Positions 1 through 5,814 of a DNA stretch of 10,193 nucleotides are shown here, one piece after another. The stretch lies in the NCBI GenBank assembly GCA_046757525.1, contig JBHHYI010000152.1, positions 1 to 10,193 of the forward strand. Reading direction: 5' to 3'. Each line of letters opens with the position of its first letter. Position 1 is the first letter of the stretch. The notes beneath the pieces are model-generated. The model was given only the letters and a program-made list of their open reading frames with translations. It was not told the DNA's origin and searched no databases. Source of the stretch: a bacterium (GTDB lineage: Bacteria > Zhuqueibacterota > Zhuqueibacteria > Oceanimicrobiales > Oceanimicrobiaceae). The position numbers were made by a program, and so were the translations under genes.

Positions 1-986
1 AACCTCTTTCCCTCATCGTCCCAGAGGCGAAGCGTGAGGGATCTTAAGCTTCTCAACACAGTAATCGGTTCAATCTCCTGGAACATAGTCTGTTCCTTAT
101 GGCACCGTTCCAGATGATAATTCGGGATCCGTGGGCTCAGGTGATGAATATGATGAAATCCAATGTTGCCGGTGAACCACTGTAAGATCCTGGGCAACTT
201 ATAGAACGAACTGCCTTGCAACGCCGCGCTAACGTAATCCCAGTTTTCATGCTGTTCCCAATAGGCGCCTTCAAATTGATGCTGCACGTAAAACAACCAC
301 ACCCCTGCTGACAGTCCGATGGCAATTATTGGCAACTGTACCAGTGCGAGATTTGTCAAGCCAATGGTTATGCTCAAAAGGCCTGCTGTGAGCAGAAGTG
401 CAAGATTTGTCCAATGCACGCTCCGGCGCTCTCGTCTGCCGGCTGAACGACTGGGAAAGCGATTGCGGATCAAGAACAAGTACAGCGCGCCAACACCAAA
501 CATCACCAGTGGATTACGGTAAAAATGATACGCCAACCGTTTCAAGCGAGACGACTTCTTATACTCCTGCACGGTTAACGTCCAAATATCTCCTACTCCG
601 CGTCGCTCCAGATCGCCCGAGGTGGCATGATGCACCGCATGGTCATGTCGCCATTGATAATAAGGTGTAAATGTGAGCACCCCCGTTATGAATCCCAAAA
701 CGTCATTAGCTTTCCGCGACTTAAGAAACGATCCGTGTCCGCAATCGTGAAAGATGATGAAAATGCGTACCAGCAATCCGGCTGCCAAAACGGCTAACCC
801 CAGGGTAATCCAGTATGAAATTTCAAGACTGCGATACATCAAATAGCATAAAATGAGGTAGGGGATAACCGAGTTGGCGATCTGCCAGACACTGCGCAGA
901 ATTTGTGGCTTCTGATATTGGGTGACGGCTACCTGCCAGAATGGTTTCTCCAGTTCTGGTTTATGTTTGGCTCTATTGGTGTGCAT
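1..986 (-). CDS. des: Membrane fatty-acid desaturase (Bacillus Des-like); 3' end runs off the window
   Basis: Manually translated from ATG at 986: MHTNRAKHKPELEKPFWQVAVTQYQKPQILRSVWQIANSVIPY... Three in-frame His boxes: HDCGH (735-749), HDHAVHH (627-647), HHIHH (141-155; GNIGFHHIHHLSPRIPNYHL). The same frame ends ...LRLWDDEGKR at the edge. Possible SD AGGGAAG at about 999-1005. Confidence 0.93.
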   Translation of the reverse strand, partial: MHTNRAKHKPELEKPFWQVAVTQYQKPQILRSVWQIANSVIPYLILCYLMYRSLEISYWITLGLAVLAAGLLVRIFIIFHDCGHGSFLKSRKANDVLGFITGVLTFTPYYQWRHDHAVHHATSGDLERRGVGDIWTLTVQEYKKSSRLKRLAYHFYRNPLVMFGVGALYLFLIRNRFPSRSAGRRERRSVHWTNLALLLTAGLLSITIGLTNLALVQLPIIAIGLSAGVWLFYVQHQFEGAYWEQHENWDYVSAALQGSSFYKLPRILQWFTGNIGFHHIHHLSPRIPNYHLERCHKEQTMFQEIEPITVLRSLRSLTLRLWDDEGKR

Positions 987-1013
987 AATTTTTTTGTACT
1001 TCCCTAAAAAGAT

Positions 1014-1045
1014 AAAAAAACCCCGGCCACGTATGGCCAGGGTTT
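1014..1045 (-). terminator. Intrinsic terminator downstream of csp
   Basis: Minus strand reads AAACCCTGGCCA-TACG-TGGCCGGGG-TTTTTTT, a GC-rich hairpin with a U-tract, 17 nt after the csp stop. Confidence 0.8.
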
Positions 1046-1062
1046 GTCAAAACTGGTTACCA

Positions 1063-1263
1063 TTACATCTTTGAGACGTTGGTCGCTTGCAACCCTTTGG
1101 CGCCCTGCTCAACTTCAAACTGAACCTGGTCGCCTTCGTCCAGCGATTTGTAGCCATCGCCAACAATCGAATTATAATGGACAAACACGTCCTCACCTTC
1201 TTCTCTCGTGATGAAACCATAGCCCTTAGAGCTGTTAAACCACTTGACAGTTCCTGTTTTCAT
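1063..1263 (-). CDS. cspA: Cold-shock protein, CspA family
   Basis: 66 aa, GTVKWFN...KGYGFI (RNP1), DVFVHY (RNP2), [15 protein letters not shown] at 1271-1275. Confidence 0.97.
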   Translation of the reverse strand: MKTGTVKWFNSSKGYGFITREEGEDVFVHYNSIVGDGYKSLDEGDQVQFEVEQGAKGLQATNVSKM

Positions 1264-1519
1264 GAATCAATCCTTACTTAAGATTATGAGTTTTGTACAA
1301 TCTCTGTCTTCAGCCCCTCCTCTGGGCAAAAAAAAATCGCTTCGAATAGCATTCTTTACCATTCTCCACGAATTTCTTTTTGATTTACTAGTGTCGCCTT
1401 TGAAAAGCCTTTTCACTAAAAATAGAAAGGCGGAAAAAACAGTGTACTATTACTTAATCGTTAAACATACAACATATTATTGCAAAAAACAACTACTTTT
1501 TGCATTTTATTTTGAGGCA

Positions 1520-1675
1520 ACACGGCAACGCGAGCAAAGCTTGGGGGGCAACAAAACCAAAAACGCACTGCAAAACCAGATGGATACCACCGACCGCCAA
1601 GTCGACCGGTTGGTGTACAAGCTGTACGATTTAGCGGAGGCGGAAATCAGAATCGTGGAGGAGAGTTTGAAATGA
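1520..1675 (+). pseudogene. C-terminal remnant of a type IIG (Eco57I/TaqI-C-like) restriction-modification enzyme
   Basis: Only the tail of ORF 1244-1675 looks protein-like: QMDTTDRQVDRLVYKLYDLAEAEIRIVEE resembles the recurrent IIG C-terminus 'D.QID.LVY.LY.L..EEI.IVE' (recognised from memory). The 5' boundary is approximate. Confidence 0.65.
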
Positions 1676-1767
1676 GGAGGGTCTAACGCGCTTCATTAAA
1701 CGGTTTTGCCTGGTAACCTGAGCGAGCCAGCTAAAATCCCTGCGAGCAGACTCACCACAAGTTTTTA

Positions 1768-1796
1768 TTGACAAAGGCTAAAATTTGTCATAGATT
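1768..1796 (+). promoter_or_regulatory. Sigma70-type promoter overlapped by a palindrome
   Basis: TTGACA (1768-1773), 17 nt, TAGATT (1791-1796). Inverted repeat TGACAAA-N8-TTTGTCA at 1769-1790. Confidence 0.6.
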
Positions 1797-1902
1797 TTGC
1801 TGAAGGCATCGATGCTCTATTTCCTACAATGAGCCGGATTTTCCAGGGCAACGTCTCGGAGCCGAACAACGATTCTCAGGTTCGTATTTTCCCCGCATTC
1901 TT

Positions 1903-2199
1903 TTGCAGGGCCGAACGGATCTAAATGAAAGAGAAACATGGTCTTTGTGTATTATGCTGACCAATGTTGAGGATGCGTTATTCCGTTCCTTAAAATCCGA
2001 GCTGGAGTTACGGCCGATTTATCACCAAAAAGAGGAGCGCTCAGATTCGCACCTGTTTATAGCAGTGCTGGCGTACCATTTACTCAACACCATTCAAACG
2101 CAATTACGCAGCCGTGACATTCCTTTGCAATGGTGGAACATACGGGAGCAATTATCCTCACATGTGAGAATCACCACATCGATGACAACAAAAGAATGA
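1903..2199 (+). mobile_element. IS1634-like (IS4-related DDE) transposase fragment
   Basis: VEDALFRSLKSELELRPIYHQKEERSDSHLFIAVLAYHLL resembles the IS1634 motif around the third catalytic Glu (VE.AFR.LKS.L.LRP.YH...R...H.FI..LAY). Only 98 codons, no N-terminal domain, no terminal repeats seen. Confidence 0.8.
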
Positions 2200-2600
2200 C
2201 CAGAGAATTTAAAAGAGACATAGAATCCTTAGATGAGATTTTTGTTTTTTTAGATGATTTTATTGCAAAAAACCGAATCGATGAGTCGATCTCCTTTACG
2301 GTCAATCTGGTGGTGGAAGAGCTCTTCACCAATATGGTCAAATACAACCCCGGCAGCGCTCACGACGTGCTCATCGAAATCAGCAGAAATGAGAACCGTT
2401 TGATCGTAAGTCTTACCGATTTTGATGTAGAGCCCTTTGATATTACCAAAACCGAGGAGGTGAAGATTGACCAGCACTTGCAAGAACGCAAGGTTGGGGG
2501 TTTGGGTATTCACCTTGTCAAACAGATGGTGGACAAGATAGAGTATGAATACAAAAACAGGAACAGTAAAATAACCTTAATTAAACACCTGGAGAAATGA
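2196..2600 (+). CDS. RsbW/SpoIIAB-like anti-sigma serine kinase (HATPase_c_2), 134 aa
   Basis: N-box VVEELFTNMVKY, G2 box GGLGIHLVKQMVD, degenerate G1 (DFDVEPFD). Likely start is ATG 2196 (MTREFKRDIESLDEIF), because the upstream in-frame stretch is transposase DNA. Confidence 0.88.
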   Translation: MTREFKRDIESLDEIFVFLDDFIAKNRIDESISFTVNLVVEELFTNMVKYNPGSAHDVLIEISRNENRLIVSLTDFDVEPFDITKTEEVKIDQHLQERKVGGLGIHLVKQMVDKIEYEYKNRNSKITLIKHLEK

Positions 2601-2601
2601 A

Positions 2602-2886
2602 ATGTTCGATGTCAGGGTGAACGAGAACGGTGAGATTTTGCTTTTCGGAAGGTTTGACGCTTCACAAGTGGAAAAGGCGAGAGCGGTATTGGAGCATGTT
2701 TCCCAATCGACCATCGTAAATTTTGGAGATTTAGACTATATTTCCAGCGCGGGGTTAGGCGTCCTGCTCGGAACCCAAAAGAAACTCAATGAATCCGGAG
2801 CGAGCCTCAAGTTGGTGAATATGAATAAGCACATCAGAGATGTTTTTCGTTTTGCCGGTTTCGACACCATTTTTGAAATCGAATAA
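2602..2886 (+). CDS. STAS-domain anti-anti-sigma factor (RsbV/SpoIIAA-like)
   Basis: 94 aa with GRFDA and LDYISSAGLGVLL (phospho-acceptor Ser motif, 2734-2757). SD GGAG at 2591-2594; starts 1 nt after the kinase stop. Confidence 0.93.
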   Translation: MFDVRVNENGEILLFGRFDASQVEKARAVLEHVSQSTIVNFGDLDYISSAGLGVLLGTQKKLNESGASLKLVNMNKHIRDVFRFAGFDTIFEIE

Positions 2887-2977
2887 TTTAGCACAACTAT
2901 TGGTATGATTTTAACGCCTTCAAATTTTCTCAAACAGGACTATTGAGTCAATAGATGAAATTCACAATAGATTAGCT

Positions 2978-3006
2978 CCAACTTTTTAGCCTTTCCTTTG
3001 TAATTA
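2978..3006 (+). promoter_or_regulatory. Putative ECF promoter, copy 1 (upstream of the sigma gene)
   Basis: CCAACTTTTT-AGCCTTTCC-TTTGTAATTA. AAC-N16-TGTA geometry matches B. subtilis SigW promoters (TGAAAC-N16-CGTA). Matches copy 2. Confidence 0.65.
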
Positions 3007-3551
3007 TGGTAGAGCAAGATGACTTCAGCCTGGTCAGGCAATGTTTGGGTGGTCATGCCAGGGCTTTCGAAAAAATCGTTGACAAGTATCAAAAAACCGT
3101 ATTCAACGTCGCTCTCCGCATAGTTAACGACTGCCAGGATGCTGAAGATATTGCTCAAACCGTTTTTGTGAAGGCCTACGAGAATCTCAGAGCCTATAAT
3201 TCAAATTATAAATTCTTTAGCTGGCTCTACCGAATGGCCATTAACGAATCTCTCAATTTTATTAATCAGCGAAGGCGTTTCGAACCGCTGGACAGCAATT
3301 TTGTTGCCAAAGCAAAAACACCGGATCAGAAGTACGAACAAACTGAATTAAGTCAGAACATTCAAGATGCCTTAATGGACCTCAAAATTGATTATCGGGT
3401 CGTGATTATTTTAAAACACCTCGAGGGGTTTAACTACAAAGAAATCAGCTACATTCTCGATATTCCAGAGAAGAGGGTGAAATCCCGGCTTTTCACGGCC
3501 AGACAATTGTTGAGGGATCTGTTGATCAAAAGGGGGCTTGTTGCGGAATGA
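3006..3551 (+). CDS. ECF sigma-70 factor (SigW/RpoE-like)
   Basis: 181 aa. Region 2: DAEDIAQTVFVKAY...FFSWLYRMAIN. Region 4: EGFNYKEISYILDIPEKRVKSRLFTAR. ATGA overlap with the next gene. Confidence 0.96.
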   Translation: MVEQDDFSLVRQCLGGHARAFEKIVDKYQKTVFNVALRIVNDCQDAEDIAQTVFVKAYENLRAYNSNYKFFSWLYRMAINESLNFINQRRRFEPLDSNFVAKAKTPDQKYEQTELSQNIQDALMDLKIDYRVVIILKHLEGFNYKEISYILDIPEKRVKSRLFTARQLLRDLLIKRGLVAE

Positions 3552-4363
3552 TCGCAAAAAAATACTTCGAGCTAATCAACAAGGAGATCGATGGGGTTAA
3601 TTCCCCCGATGACACCAAGCAACTGAAGGAATATTTGGCGCAGCATCCAGAGGCAGAGCATTTTTACCAGGCCCTGACCAAGCTCTCAAAAATGTTGCTC
3701 CAGGTGCATGACGTAAACCCTTCTCCTAATCTGAAAAAGCGTATCTTCAATGCCATCCCGTGGGACAAATATGCAATCAAGAAGCAGCGTAGAAAGTCTC
3801 TTAAATCCCTTCTTCCTGCTCCAAGATTTAGATTGAGCTTTAATTATGTGTACGCATTTTCTGCCGGATTAATTTTGGGGGTTATCGGTTATGCTCTACT
3901 AAGCCATAGTTTGCAGAAAAATGCCCGGCTGGACTTTTCACATTTGACCGGAACTTTGCTCGTGGATGAGTCCCTTAACAGCCTGGAACCAGTAGAGAGA
4001 GTTAGCCTCGACTTACCAGGAACCAGTGGAACATTTGAGCTCAAGCGTGGCAGGGGCGTAATCGTGGCTGAATTGCGTCTCAACGCGCATCAGCAGGTCG
4101 AGAATGTGTTAGCGTTCGACCAGCACGATCTTGCATTCGCTGGCTTCGGCCACATGACTGGGGGCCCGGTTGCAGTCGATGCGGATTCGGGGCATGTGAG
4201 ATTGAGTTATAGAGGTGATCAGGAATATATCTTGGTTTTTAATGATAAACTCTCGACCCCAACTCCCTTGAATCTGAAGATTTTTTCTGCCGGGATTTTA
4301 CGGTATGAAAAAACGTTTCTTACCGAAGAGCCGGAAGCTGGCAAAAGCAATAGGATGAATTGA
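3548..4363 (+). CDS. Putative single-pass membrane anti-sigma factor
   Basis: Translationally coupled to the sigma gene. N-terminal ASD-like helices (LINKEIDG...LKEYLAQHPEA...PSPNLKKRIF), one TM (YVYAFSAGLILGVIGYALL), and a beta-rich extracytoplasmic domain. Confidence 0.8.
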   Translation: MIAKKYFELINKEIDGVNSPDDTKQLKEYLAQHPEAEHFYQALTKLSKMLLQVHDVNPSPNLKKRIFNAIPWDKYAIKKQRRKSLKSLLPAPRFRLSFNYVYAFSAGLILGVIGYALLSHSLQKNARLDFSHLTGTLLVDESLNSLEPVERVSLDLPGTSGTFELKRGRGVIVAELRLNAHQQVENVLAFDQHDLAFAGFGHMTGGPVAVDADSGHVRLSYRGDQEYILVFNDKLSTPTPLNLKIFSAGILRYEKTFLTEEPEAGKSNRMN

Positions 4364-4370
4364 AACCCGA

Positions 4371-4399
4371 CCAACCTTTTGAGTTTTGATTTGTAATTA
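4371..4399 (+). promoter_or_regulatory. Putative ECF promoter, copy 2 (upstream of the repeat-protein gene)
   Basis: CCAACCTTTT-GAGTTTTGA-TTTGTAATTA, same spacing as copy 1. Followed by a strong SD (AAGGAGGT, about 4439-4446) and ATG 4451. Confidence 0.7.
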
Positions 4400-4450
4400 G
4401 GTCAAACGTTAAATCACTAATTCCTCAATAACCATTGTAAGGAGGTCGTT

Positions 4451-5536
4451 ATGGAAGGGAATAAGAAGAACCTGTTACTTGGCGGGAAGGGTAAACTGGT
4501 GCTGGCCCTGGCAGCCCTGGCGGTCGTGCTGGTCGTTTATTTTTCATTCAACGGCTTTCCTCCGGGCAAGGAGGAGGTCTCCGGGACGATTGGCGGGGTC
4601 AAGAAAGCCGAGAAGTACCGGGCTGAGCAAATCAGCGACAAGGATGTTATCCTGCAAAACCCTGAAATTCAGGAAATCCTGCAAAATGACAAAGTGCAGA
4701 AGCTGCTCAGGGAGAGTCCCGAGGCTTTCAGAGCGTTGGGCAAACTCGAGCCGGCGGCCCTGCAAGCGCTGGGCAAACTCGAGCCGGCTGCCCTCCAGGC
4801 CGTCAGCAAACTCGAACCGGCTTCTCTGCGAGCTGTGAGCAAGCTCGAGCCGGCGGCCCTGCAAGCGGTTGCCAAACTTGAACCGGCTGCCCTTCAAGCC
4901 GTGAGCAAGTTGGAACCGGCCGCCCTTCGAGCCGTCAGCAAACTCGAGCCGGCCGCTCTCCAGGCAGTTAGCAAACTCGAGCCAGCGGCTCTGCAAGCGG
5001 TGGGCAAACTACAGCCAGCGGCTCTTCAGGCACTAAGCAAGCTTGAACCTGCAGCTCTGCGTGCCGTGGCCAAACAGGATCCTGCGGCAATGGAGGCGTT
5101 AGGTAAGATTGAGCCAGCCGCCCTGCAAGCGGTGAGTAAGCTGGAGCCGGCTGCCCTCCAGGCCGTCAGCAAACTCGAACCGGCTTCTCTGCGAGCTGTG
5201 AGCAAGCTCGAGCCAGCCGCCCTGCAAGCGGTCGCCAAACTTGAACCGGCTGCACTTCGAGCGGTGAGTAAGCTGGAGCCGGCCGCCCTTCGAGCCATGA
5301 GCAAGCTTGAACCTGCAGCTTTGCAAGCGGTTGCCAAACTTGAACCGGCTTCTCTGCGAGCCGTAGGCAAGCTTGAACCCGCCTCTCTTCAGGCAGTAAG
5401 TAAACTGGAGCCCGCGGCGCTTCAGGCCGTGGGCAAGGTTGAGCCCGCGGCGCTTCAAGCGTTAGGCAAGCTCGAGCCAGCCGCTCTGCAGGCAGTCGCC
5501 AAGCTCGAACCCGCAGCTCTGCAGGCAACGCAGTAG
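4451..5536 (+). CDS. N-terminally membrane-anchored or exported protein with 24 tandem 11-aa repeats; function unknown
   Basis: Strong SD; basic N-region plus hydrophobic helix LVLALAALAVVLVVYFSF; about 60-aa unique linker; residues 98-361 are repeats with consensus KLEPAALQAVS. Nucleotide variation is mostly synonymous in this frame. Confidence 0.9.
   Translation: MEGNKKNLLLGGKGKLVLALAALAVVLVVYFSFNGFPPGKEEVSGTIGGVKKAEKYRAEQISDKDVILQNPEIQEILQNDKVQKLLRESPEAFRALGKLEPAALQALGKLEPAALQAVSKLEPASLRAVSKLEPAALQAVAKLEPAALQAVSKLEPAALRAVSKLEPAALQAVSKLEPAALQAVGKLQPAALQALSKLEPAALRAVAKQDPAAMEALGKIEPAALQAVSKLEPAALQAVSKLEPASLRAVSKLEPAALQAVAKLEPAALRAVSKLEPAALRAMSKLEPAALQAVAKLEPASLRAVGKLEPASLQAVSKLEPAALQAVGKVEPAALQALGKLEPAALQAVAKLEPAALQATQ
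4742..5533 (+). repeat. Coding tandem repeat, 24 x 33 bp
   Basis: 792 bp = 24 units with no indels; one degenerate unit (RESPEAFRALG) precedes them. Confidence 0.97.
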
Positions 5537-5559
5537 CAGGCCGACGAACGGCGAGAACA

Positions 5560-5697
5560 GAGCAGGCGCCTTGGCTGGGTGCTGGCGCATGCTCTTCATT
5601 GGTGTTCCAAGCGGATGCAGGAACAGAAAGGGAGAAGTTATGCGTGTGAACCATAACCTCTCCCTTCCGTGTTACTTGGGTCATGTCTGGCTGCATC
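5560..5697 (+). other. Structured intergenic RNA (stem-loops)
   Basis: GAGCAgGCGCC...GGCGCaTGCTC (5560-5594). AAGGGAGAaGTTATG-9nt-CATAACcTCTCCCTT (5628-5666), enclosed by GATGCAG/CTGCATC (5614-5620, 5691-5697). Confidence 0.55.
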
Positions 5698-5814
5698 AGA
5701 TTTCGGTCAATCACCGAATACTTTACGAGCCTGCAATTCGAATGCTTTGCTCAGTTCTAGTCCGTCGAAGATGAACGATCGGTTTTTTCTACAAAGGGGA
5801 GGGAGAACATTCAG

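Noticed and set aside
137..670. Small ORFs 137-325, 319-522 and 398-670
   Set aside because: They overlap the desaturase, which is supported by three His boxes.
1457..1485. csp promoter with TTGCAA -35 on the minus strand
   Set aside because: The -10 at 16-17 nt spacing (TAACGA/AACGAT) is too weak to call in AT-rich DNA.
1244..1520. 143-aa ORF 1244-1675 as an intact gene
   Set aside because: Its 5' part is antisense to the csp start and AT-rich leader; only the tail resembles a protein.
1681..1830. GTCTAAC after a stop codon as an integron attC inverse core
   Set aside because: No matching GTTRRRY within attC distance, and no integrase or cassette array.
2130..2195. Longer kinase start at 2130
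   Set aside because: It lies within transposase-coding DNA in another frame; kinase-like sequence begins at ATG 2196.
4742..5533. 33-bp periodic repeat as a CRISPR array
   Set aside because: No unique spacers, variation is at codon third positions, and there are no cas genes; it is a coding repeat.
4479..5714. Alternative-frame and antisense ORFs over the repeat gene
   Set aside because: Stop-poor shadows of a GC-rich repeat; the synonymous pattern and SD support only the 4451 frame.
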